Below, one piece after another: positions 1 to 6,308 of a DNA stretch of 54,409 nt. Position 1 is the first letter of the stretch; each line of letters opens with the position of its first letter. The translations under genes were made by a program, and so were the position numbers. Under the pieces are notes generated by a model. The model was not told the origin of the DNA. It saw nothing but the letters and a program-made list of their open reading frames with translations, and did no database searches. The DNA is from an uncultured Eubacteriales bacterium (lineage in GTDB: Bacteria; Bacillota; Clostridia; Christensenellales; RUG350), in contig ONBF01000002.1 of NCBI GenBank assembly GCA_900315995.1, positions 1 through 54,409 on the forward strand, in the 5' to 3' direction.

Positions 1-426
1 GGCGAGAAAGAAAAGTATACGATATTCGACGCGGCGGAATTCTTTCAGACCAAGTACCATGCTTTTCAAGTGCCGTGGGATAAAATGTTGCAGTATCTTG
101 AAGGTAAAATTATAACGACGTTTTATGAGTCTTCCGGTCTTGCGGATGACGAAATGAAACCTTTCGATTATGCGGGGAATAAGGCGCATAAGAACGTAAC
201 ATTAATAATCGACTTGGTTCATAACAGAGATTTGCGCGAAAAGTATCCCGTAATTGAACAACACGAAAAAAAGTATAAGGAAGAGTTAGCCAAATGTGTT
301 CATATAGCTAGGAACGATTATATAGTAATCGGTACGTTTGACTGGGAGACTATTGAGTCGATGTTTACGGATTGTCTAATTGATGACATTAATTATGAAA
401 TGCTGTATTTTTATCAGCACTCGTAA
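1..426 (+). CDS. Family-A repeated protein, copy 1 (5' end cut by the window edge); candidate immunity-type protein, function unknown
   Basis: Frame 1 is open from nt 1 (GEKEKYTIFDAAEFFQTKYHAFQVPWDKM...). It is colinear with the full-length paralogs at 736-1293 and 1586-2158 and ends ...YEMLYFYQHS*. Confidence 0.8.
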   Translation, partial: GEKEKYTIFDAAEFFQTKYHAFQVPWDKMLQYLEGKIITTFYESSGLADDEMKPFDYAGNKAHKNVTLIIDLVHNRDLREKYPVIEQHEKKYKEELAKCVHIARNDYIVIGTFDWETIESMFTDCLIDDINYEMLYFYQHS

Positions 427-438
427 TAAGATTATCCC

Positions 439-467
439 CCACCCCGTTAAATAACATAACGGGGTGG
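439..467. other. Cassette-boundary hairpin 1 (11 bp GC-rich stem, 7 nt loop 'aataaca')
   Basis: 'ccaccccgtta aataaca taacggggtgg' lies 13 nt after the family-A stop codon. No U-tract follows it. Confidence 0.8.
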
Positions 468-486
468 TAATGGGTATCGTATAATA

Positions 487-717
487 ATGGCAACGAATAT
501 GAGAACGTTAGGATGGAGTTCTTTAACTCAATTCGAGTCTGACGCAAAAAGCGTTATGACAAGTGCTTTCAGTGGTTACGGTTATATAATAGATAAAGAT
601 GATAAGCCTGAAAACCCTTTATTTGTACCGCATTATCATGCTTTTTTGTCTAACGGGGCTCATGTAACGGGACCGAATAATAATTCCATACACTCATATT
701 TTGCTTCTTTGCTCTAA
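487..717 (+). CDS. Small family-S ORF, copy 1 (76 aa); possible orphan toxin-tip fragment or small partner protein
   Basis: Paralog of 1352-1564, sharing MATNMRT.GWSS...DAK.V..SAF...PHY...LSNGAHV.TGPNN..IHSYF. No Shine-Dalgarno sequence lies upstream of the ATG. Confidence 0.45.
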   Translation: MATNMRTLGWSSLTQFESDAKSVMTSAFSGYGYIIDKDDKPENPLFVPHYHAFLSNGAHVTGPNNNSIHSYFASLL

Positions 718-735
718 TAAGGAGATAATGAAATA

Positions 736-1293
736 ATGGTGATTGATACAAGTTTTTATAAGTCAAAAAAGTTTTTTGCGCAGAAACTTCTACCCAAAAA
801 GGAAAGAGAAAAATATTTTGACCAAAAAATTTACGAAAGATGCATTGCCGATATAAAGAGTATAGTAGGCGATAAGGAGAAGTATACGATATTCGACGCG
901 GCAGAATTCTTTCAGACCAAGTACCATGCATTTCAAGTGCCGTGGGATAAAATGTTGCAGTATCTTGACGGTAAAATATTAACGAAGTTTTATGATAGTT
1001 CATGCTATAACAATGACGAAGTCGCACCGTTTGATTATAGAGATAATAAGGCGCATAAAAACGTAACGTTGATAATTGACTTGGTTCATAACAGAGATTT
1101 GCGTGAAAAGTATCCTGTAATTGAAAAAATGGAAAAAATGTATAAGGAAGCATTAGCCGAAGGTGTTCATATGAATAGAAACGAATTTATAACTATCGGC
1201 ACGTTTGACTGGGAGACAATCGAGTCGATGTATACTGATACTAGTATTGGCGATGTTTATTACGAAATACTGTATTTTTATGAGCACTCGTAA
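736..1293 (+). CDS. Family-A repeated protein, copy 2 (185 aa); candidate immunity-type protein
   Basis: Full ORF with an 'aaggaga' SD about 11 nt upstream. Paralogous to 1-426 and 1586-2158. No signal peptide or TM segment seen. Confidence 0.85.
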   Translation: MVIDTSFYKSKKFFAQKLLPKKEREKYFDQKIYERCIADIKSIVGDKEKYTIFDAAEFFQTKYHAFQVPWDKMLQYLDGKILTKFYDSSCYNNDEVAPFDYRDNKAHKNVTLIIDLVHNRDLREKYPVIEKMEKMYKEALAEGVHMNRNEFITIGTFDWETIESMYTDTSIGDVYYEILYFYEHS

Positions 1294-1306
1294 TAAGATT
1301 ATCCCC

Positions 1307-1333
1307 CACCCCGTTATGTTATTTAACGGGGTG
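1307..1333. other. Cassette-boundary hairpin 2 (10 bp stem, loop 'tgttatt')
   Basis: 'caccccgtta tgttatt taacggggtg'. Same stem as hairpin 1, but the loop is the reverse complement of the hairpin 1 loop. Confidence 0.8.
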
Positions 1334-1351
1334 TAACGGGACCGAATAATA

Positions 1352-1564
1352 ATGGCAACGAATATGAGAACGCAAGGTTGGAGTTCGGTTACAGTATACG
1401 AATTTGACGCAAAAATCGTTATAGAAAGTGCATTTACTATGCCTGCAACTTATGACAACCATAATGGAAAAAGTCTTCCACATTATAATATTGTATTGTC
1501 GAATGGGGCTCATGTAAGAACGGGTCCGAATAATTATGCCATACACTCATATTTTTACGCTTAA
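1352..1564 (+). CDS. Small family-S ORF, copy 2 (70 aa)
   Basis: Paralog of 487-717. The first 21 nt after the ATG are near-identical between copies. No SD upstream. Confidence 0.45.
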   Translation: MATNMRTQGWSSVTVYEFDAKIVIESAFTMPATYDNHNGKSLPHYNIVLSNGAHVRTGPNNYAIHSYFYA

Positions 1565-1585
1565 CTGAATAAAAGAATATCAGCA

Positions 1586-2158
1586 ATGTTATACGCAAGT
1601 TTTTATAAATCAAAAAAATGGTTGCCACATAAAAATATGCAAGGCTACGCTAAGTCAAATATAGAAATAAAAAAGTATAATAAGAATTATCTTGAAAAAG
1701 CGGCGGCTGATATAAAAAGTATAGTAGGCGAGAAAGATAAGTATACGATATTCGACGCGGCAGAGTTCTTTCAGACCAAGTACCATGCATTTCAAGTGCC
1801 GTGGGATAAAATGTTACAGTATCTTGACGGTAAAGTATTAACGAAGTTTTATGATGCTTCATGCCTTTTTGATGACGAAATGGCACCGTTTGATTATACA
1901 GGGAATAAGGCGCATAAGAACGTAACGTTGATAATCGACTTGGTTCATAACAGAGATTTGCGCGAAAAGTATCCTATAATAAAGCAGTTTGAAGAAGAGC
2001 GAAGAGAATTGCGGTTGAGTGGAATAAATGTAGAAATTGTTCATAACGATTTTATAGTTATCGGTACATTCGATTGGAACTCAATCGAGTCGATGTTCAC
2101 ATATTCTCCAATCGATGATATTCATTACGAAATGCTGTATTTTTATGAGCACTCGTAA
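1586..2158 (+). CDS. Family-A repeated protein, copy 3 (190 aa)
   Basis: Paralog of 736-1293. N-terminal 45 aa diverged, core 'KYTIFDAAEFFQTKYHAFQVPWDKMLQYLDGK' conserved. Weak or no SD. Confidence 0.8.
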   Translation: MLYASFYKSKKWLPHKNMQGYAKSNIEIKKYNKNYLEKAAADIKSIVGEKDKYTIFDAAEFFQTKYHAFQVPWDKMLQYLDGKVLTKFYDASCLFDDEMAPFDYTGNKAHKNVTLIIDLVHNRDLREKYPIIKQFEEERRELRLSGINVEIVHNDFIVIGTFDWNSIESMFTYSPIDDIHYEMLYFYEHS

Positions 2159-2170
2159 TAAGATTATCCC

Positions 2171-2199
2171 CCACCCCGTTAAACAACATAACGGGGTGG
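2171..2199. other. Cassette-boundary hairpin 3 (11 bp stem, loop 'aacaaca')
   Basis: 'ccaccccgtta aacaaca taacggggtgg' directly after the stop of family-A copy 3. Confidence 0.8.
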
Positions 2200-2229
2200 T
2201 AATTGGTATCGAATAATTAGGAGATAATT

Positions 2230-3024
2230 ATGAGTAGTTTTGAATTTCAACCTTTCGATAAATTGCTGAAAGAAAAATACAAAGCAAAAGTCATAGACAA
2301 ACAGATATTTCGGGATATTCTTTATGAAGGGCACAGTGAAGCATTAAGTGTATCGGAAATGACGGAAGGCATAGTGCAAACGGAAAAAGCGGTGTTTTAT
2401 TTAATAAGCAACCTTGAAGTTATTAACAAAAACTTCTCTTGTCTCTATCCCGATATGTACCCTGACGGAAAGGTTCCTCCACTGACCTCTTATGGATTTT
2501 GTTCTTTTGTTTTGTTTGTCGCAGGACTGAGCGAAGACGGTAATTATGTCGAATCATATGCGCGGTGGGGATCGTTTGCCGATAATATATTCGACGAAAT
2601 GTTGAAACTCGGTTTAATTAAGCCTAATATCGATAAAGTTAGTACAACGGAATTTACGGACGTAGAATTTCGTGGTATTGATTATCGTTTACAAAACTAT
2701 ACCGAAGTTGCACCGCAATTGGTAAAAAGTTTTTACTATATTTGTGATATAACAAAAAGCGGAGAATTGCTTGTAACTCCGATATGTTTGCCGTCTATAT
2801 ACGTTGCCTTAGACGCGCTGAATAAGGGATTGAATATATATACGTCAGATTCAATTGACGCTTATAATTTGGCTAAATCAGCATCAATCGCCGATTTTCA
2901 GCCTGAGCCTATTCGAGATCTTGCACATGTAAGCGGATATTTCGCGCATTATCACAAAACTTTGCAAATGGGGCGATCCGTATCTGATGCTTGTGCGTTT
3001 TACGGAATACCGATGGTTAAATGA
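2230..3024 (+). CDS. Family-B hypothetical protein (264 aa), second candidate immunity-type family
   Basis: ORF with an 'aggaga' SD. The N-terminal 130 aa are paralogous to 3047-3442. No recognisable catalytic motif, signal peptide or TM segment. Confidence 0.75.
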   Translation: MSSFEFQPFDKLLKEKYKAKVIDKQIFRDILYEGHSEALSVSEMTEGIVQTEKAVFYLISNLEVINKNFSCLYPDMYPDGKVPPLTSYGFCSFVLFVAGLSEDGNYVESYARWGSFADNIFDEMLKLGLIKPNIDKVSTTEFTDVEFRGIDYRLQNYTEVAPQLVKSFYYICDITKSGELLVTPICLPSIYVALDALNKGLNIYTSDSIDAYNLAKSASIADFQPEPIRDLAHVSGYFAHYHKTLQMGRSVSDACAFYGIPMVK

Positions 3025-3046
3025 ATAGACGGAAATAGGAGAAAAC

Positions 3047-3442
3047 ATGTATAATTTCGAATTTTTACCGTTGGATAAATTACTGAAGGAAAAATACAAA
3101 GCAAGCGTTATAGACAAATGGACGTTTCGTGATATATTGTATGGAAAAGGACGGAACGATTATGTCAGCGTATCTGAAATGACGGAAGATATAATACAAA
3201 CCGAAAACGCCGTTTTTTATTTAATAAACGACGTGGAGGTTATTAACAAAAACTGTATTTGTCTATATTCGTATATGTATCCCAATGAAGAACATTTGCC
3301 TACTATATCGTCAGGTTTTTGTCCTTTTATTTTGTTTGTCGTAGGACTGAGCGAAGACGGCACTCATGTCGAAGACTATGCGCGCTGGGGTTCGTTTGGT
3401 GATAATATATTCGACGAAATGGGAAAACTCGGTTTAATATAG
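3047..3442 (+). CDS. Family-B paralog, C-terminally truncated (131 aa against 264 aa)
   Basis: Aligns with residues 1 to about 131 of the 2230-3024 product (MYNFEFLPLDKLLKEKYKA... against MSSFEFQPFDKLLKEKYKA...). It stops at ...DEMGKLGLI* where the paralog continues. Confidence 0.6.
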   Translation: MYNFEFLPLDKLLKEKYKASVIDKWTFRDILYGKGRNDYVSVSEMTEDIIQTENAVFYLINDVEVINKNCICLYSYMYPNEEHLPTISSGFCPFILFVVGLSEDGTHVEDYARWGSFGDNIFDEMGKLGLI

Positions 3443-3465
3443 TGAGTGACGAATATATATCATAA

Positions 3466-3494
3466 AGGGCGTTTTTTACGTGACGCTCTTTTTT
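3466..3494 (+). terminator. Possible Rho-independent terminator closing the cassette array
   Basis: 'agggcgt'-10 nt-'acgctct' (7 bp including one G-U pair) followed by 'ttttt'. Confidence 0.45.
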
Positions 3495-3535
3495 AATTGA
3501 ATAATAAATTTCGACTTCCGAAACATACTACTATT

Positions 3536-4048
3536 ATGAAAGATACGGGAATAGTAAGAAGAATAGACGAACTCGGCAGAGTCGTTATTCCGAAAGAAAT
3601 AAGAAAGACGCTTAGGATGAAAGAGGGCGAGTCGCTCGAAATATGCACGGACGGAGACGCGGTGCTGTTAAGAAAGTATTCACTTATGAATAATATAGTC
3701 GATTTTGCCGAAGATTACGTCGATGCGCTTGCGGCGACTGCGGGTGAACCCGTCGTTATATGCGATTGCGAAAAGGTTGTTGCCGAGAGCAAAGCGCGGT
3801 CGCTTGAAGATTATCCTGTGAGTGAAGAGTTGCATAAGGTTTTGAATGCGCGCAGACCCGTAATTCTCGACGAGACGAAAAAAATTGATTTTAACGGGAT
3901 TGAGAGCAACAGTCAAATAATATGCCCGATTATATCGGACAGTGAACTTGTAGGCGGCGTCATATTGTTTCCGAAATCGGTGGGGAACGAAAAGGTGATG
4001 CTTAAACTTTGCGAGTGTGCGGCGAAATTTATCGGAAGTCAAGTATAG
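3536..4048 (+). CDS. spoVT: Stage V sporulation protein T (AbrB-type N-domain + GAF-like C-domain)
   Basis: MKDTGIVRRIDELGRVVIPKEIRKTLRMKEGE... matches the conserved SpoVT/AbrB N-terminus. About 170 aa, the typical SpoVT length. The track ORF begins at an upstream TTG that I do not favour. Confidence 0.9.
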   Translation: MKDTGIVRRIDELGRVVIPKEIRKTLRMKEGESLEICTDGDAVLLRKYSLMNNIVDFAEDYVDALAATAGEPVVICDCEKVVAESKARSLEDYPVSEELHKVLNARRPVILDETKKIDFNGIESNSQIICPIISDSELVGGVILFPKSVGNEKVMLKLCECAAKFIGSQV

Positions 4049-4084
4049 CGAAAATTGAAACGACTTTTCCGCAAGTGTTTCGGT

Positions 4085-4600
4085 TTATTGTTCCGAAACA
4101 CTTTTTAATTTTTTATGCGTTATATACGTTAATGCCATATAAACGAGAGCGCATATTGCTATTCCGCATATTATACCGACAGTATCTTTCGCGACGTCTG
4201 ACATTGAACCCGTCCTGCCTTCCACGAAAGTTTGATGCCACTCGTCCGACAGCGCGTAAATAAACGCGCTTACAAGAGTTATGACTGACGACAATAGAAC
4301 GTTGATATTGAAACTTACAAGAGTTAAAAAAAGCAATCCGCCCAAAGCGCAATATATCAGCATATGAGCGTAAGTCCTTATATTGATTTCCGTATAATAA
4401 GAAATTGAAATTTGTTCCGATTTCGAAAGGGAAGCGTAATCAGGATGTTGATTTTCGATAACTCTATCGACTACCGCGTTGCTCGTTTGTTTCGACTCGG
4501 TAACCGTCTGTGCGGAAAAACAGAATATCGTGACCGCGCACGTCACGGTCAAGAGACTGAGAATAATTCTGATTGTCCACAATATCTTTTTGTTTTTCAT
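4085..4600 (-). CDS. VanZ-like family membrane protein
   Basis: Multi-TM protein with the VanZ signature '...ALSDEWHQTFVEGRTGSMSDVAKDTVG'. Confidence 0.8.
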   Translation of the reverse strand: MKNKKILWTIRIILSLLTVTCAVTIFCFSAQTVTESKQTSNAVVDRVIENQHPDYASLSKSEQISISYYTEINIRTYAHMLIYCALGGLLFLTLVSFNINVLLSSVITLVSAFIYALSDEWHQTFVEGRTGSMSDVAKDTVGIICGIAICALVYMALTYITHKKLKSVSEQ

Positions 4601-5075
4601 TGCGCGTTTTTATAATACATACTATCGTGAAGATAATAAGTATACCCGTTAATGTTCCGCAAGTATCTATTATCACGTCCGATATTTGACAACAACGCCC
4701 CGGAACGAAGAGTTGATGTATTTCGTCGAGTATCGCGTAAATTACGCCCGCTCCGAGCGGAATAAGTATATATAAGGATACACGTTTCGATTTGAAAGTC
4801 AAGGCAAGTCCTACGCATAACGCGCCTAAAACGAGATATTCGGAATAGTGTGCGCCCGTTCTTATCAAAACGTTAATGCTTAGTAAAGCGGTATATTGTT
4901 TTGAAGCGTCCATTTCGTCGTAATCGGGATAAAACAGTTTTATAATCGGATTGACAAACGCGTCTGACGATTCTTCCGATTCAACCTGCGTTTCGTCGGA
5001 CAGAAGAAATATCCCTATCATTACCGCGAGTATTGAAATAACAAGCAATATGCGAATAAATGATTTTACCGTCAT
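4464..5075 (-). CDS. VanZ-like family membrane protein (paralog); its 3' end overlaps the next gene by 137 nt
   Basis: 'AILDEIHQLFVPGRCCQISDVIIDTCG' VanZ motif. Same architecture as 4085-4600. Confidence 0.8.
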   Translation of the reverse strand: MTVKSFIRILLVISILAVMIGIFLLSDETQVESEESSDAFVNPIIKLFYPDYDEMDASKQYTALLSINVLIRTGAHYSEYLVLGALCVGLALTFKSKRVSLYILIPLGAGVIYAILDEIHQLFVPGRCCQISDVIIDTCGTLTGILIIFTIVCIIKTRNEKQKDIVDNQNYSQSLDRDVRGHDILFFRTDGYRVETNEQRGSR

Positions 5076-5614
5076 TTAAGTATTTCGTCAGCGAAGAAGT
5101 TTCCGTCCGCATCATAAAAAGTAACTATTTCATCATCTATAACGGCGTATGTGTTGGTGCCGTTCCTCGATAAAGAAATCGAGCCCGGATTAATTACCGT
5201 GTTGGTGCCTATAAATTTTATGTAGGGAAGATGGAAATGTCCGCAACAAAGTATATCGCCCGATTTGAGCGGGGGCAGATTATGTTCATTGTAATGATCT
5301 CCGTGTGTCAAATAGATTGTTCTTCCGTTATTGTACGGCAGGCAAAAATGCTGATTAATTGTAAATTCGCTTATTTCAATATCGACGTCGCTGTCGCAGT
5401 TGCCGCGTACGGCAATTATATCGTCCTTTAACGAATTGAGTACTTTCGCCGTTGCCATAGTATCGTACTGTTCGGGAAGCGGATTGCGCGGACCGTGATA
5501 ATAATAGTCGCCGAGTAAACAAATTTTATCGGGTTTATGTTTCATAACGGCATTTTTGAGAGCGCAAGCGTATTTATATGAACCGTGGATGTCGGACGCC
5601 AATAAGTATTTCAT
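5072..5614 (-). CDS. YfcE/MJ0936-type metallophosphoesterase (phosphodiesterase)
   Basis: MKYLLASDIHGS...LGDYYYHGPRN...VRGNCD...GHFH motifs. I place the start at the ATG encoding MKYLL (nt 5614), not the upstream track start. Confidence 0.85.
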   Translation of the reverse strand: MKYLLASDIHGSYKYACALKNAVMKHKPDKICLLGDYYYHGPRNPLPEQYDTMATAKVLNSLKDDIIAVRGNCDSDVDIEISEFTINQHFCLPYNNGRTIYLTHGDHYNEHNLPPLKSGDILCCGHFHLPYIKFIGTNTVINPGSISLSRNGTNTYAVIDDEIVTFYDADGNFFADEILK

Positions 5615-5733
5615 AAACAACCTCGTAGATTTATTTCCATATAAATATATTATAAACTTAATTTTATACGCAGTCAACGGCAAAAAAAATGTAAACATAA
5701 TCGTCTTTCGGCATATATTGTTTCGGGGGCATT

Positions 5734-5985
5734 ATGAATAATATAAAAATCGAAAATAACGCCGTAGCGGAAATAAACGGTGTAAAAGAAGTGGTTGAAT
5801 TTGACGACAAAAACATCGTTTTACTGCTCGACGAATACAAACTTTTGATAAACGGTGAAAAACTGAATATGGAAAGTCTTGATACCGCAAACGGTAAAGC
5901 GGTATTCAAAGGGCTTATTTTATCCGTAAAATATATGAAAAAAGGCGTCAAGCCGTCGGGCTTTATCAAAAAACTTTTCAAATGA
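5734..5985 (+). CDS. yabP: Sporulation protein YabP
   Basis: 83 aa. '...VEFDDKNIVLLLDEYKLLINGEKLNMESLD...GFIKKLFK' resembles YabP, and a YabQ-like gene follows. Confidence 0.85.
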   Translation: MNNIKIENNAVAEINGVKEVVEFDDKNIVLLLDEYKLLINGEKLNMESLDTANGKAVFKGLILSVKYMKKGVKPSGFIKKLFK

Positions 5986-6308
5986 CGGATATAGTAAACA
6001 CCGCGATTCAACCTGTCGCGTTTGTAACATATCTTATGTACGGGCTTTTTGTCGGAGTAGCGTTTATTGTCGAAATGCCGATAAAAAAGTTTTGTAAAAT
6101 ATACGTTATAAACGTAATAACCGATTTTATTACCGCGCTTTTTGTCGGAACGGCGTTTATTTTCTTGATTAACTATACGTCGGACGGAGTGCTGCGAGCA
6201 TATACGGCGGTTGCTTACGCGCTGGGTATCACAGTCGATATTGCGATATTCAAAATTATTGCAAATATAATTTGGAGAATACGCGAACGTAAAAAGCGGA
6301 ACGCTTAG
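5982..6308 (+). CDS. yabQ: Spore cortex biosynthesis protein YabQ (small multi-TM protein)
   Basis: 108 aa, 3-4 TM segments, ATGA-coupled to yabP. The call rests on the conserved yabP-yabQ gene pair. Confidence 0.7.
   Translation: MTDIVNTAIQPVAFVTYLMYGLFVGVAFIVEMPIKKFCKIYVINVITDFITALFVGTAFIFLINYTSDGVLRAYTAVAYALGITVDIAIFKIIANIIWRIRERKKRNA

Larger units (their letters stand above)
1..2200 (+). repeat. Tandem array of about 860-867 bp coding cassettes (2.5 units)
   Basis: The string 'ggcga(g/t)aa(a/g)ga(a/g)aagtatacgatattcgacgcggc' recurs at nt 1, 868 and 1727. Long near-identical nucleotide blocks alternate with diverged patches. Each unit is small ORF + about 185 aa ORF + hairpin. Confidence 0.9.

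Noticed and set aside
439-467. Hairpins after each cassette, considered as integron attC sites ('GTTAAAT' fits the GTTRRRY core).
   Set aside because: The opposite arm does not fit the RYYYAAC inverse core. The stems are perfect palindromes without the extrahelical bases typical of attC. No intI gene or attI site is in the window, and each unit contains two ORFs rather than one promoterless ORF.
650-1153. A 167 aa minus-strand ORF across the cassette array (also 1319-1546, 1437-1628, 1650-1886 and 1859-2044 on the minus strand).
   Set aside because: These are antisense shadows of the conserved plus-strand family-A and family-S genes. They are low-complexity and Tyr/Phe/Leu-rich, have no SD, and are not conserved between repeat units in that frame.
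1-2200. Regular repeats at the 5' end, considered as a CRISPR array or a DGR template/variable repeat pair.
   Set aside because: The repeat period is about 860 bp and the units are protein-coding. There are no short direct repeats with unique spacers. Differences between copies are not restricted to adenines, and no reverse transcriptase or cas gene is present.
3497-3535. Upstream TTG start for spoVT (183 aa track ORF), and similar upstream track starts for 5072-5698, 28451, 35572, 39965, 43759, 44580 and 44703.
   Set aside because: Conserved family N-termini, SD placement and stop/start coupling with the preceding gene all favour the internal ATGs given in the feature table.
4009-4263. An 84 aa plus-strand ORF between spoVT and the VanZ genes.
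   Set aside because: Most of it is antisense to the VanZ gene at 4085-4600. It overlaps the spoVT 3' end, has no SD and has an arginine-rich composition atypical of this genome.
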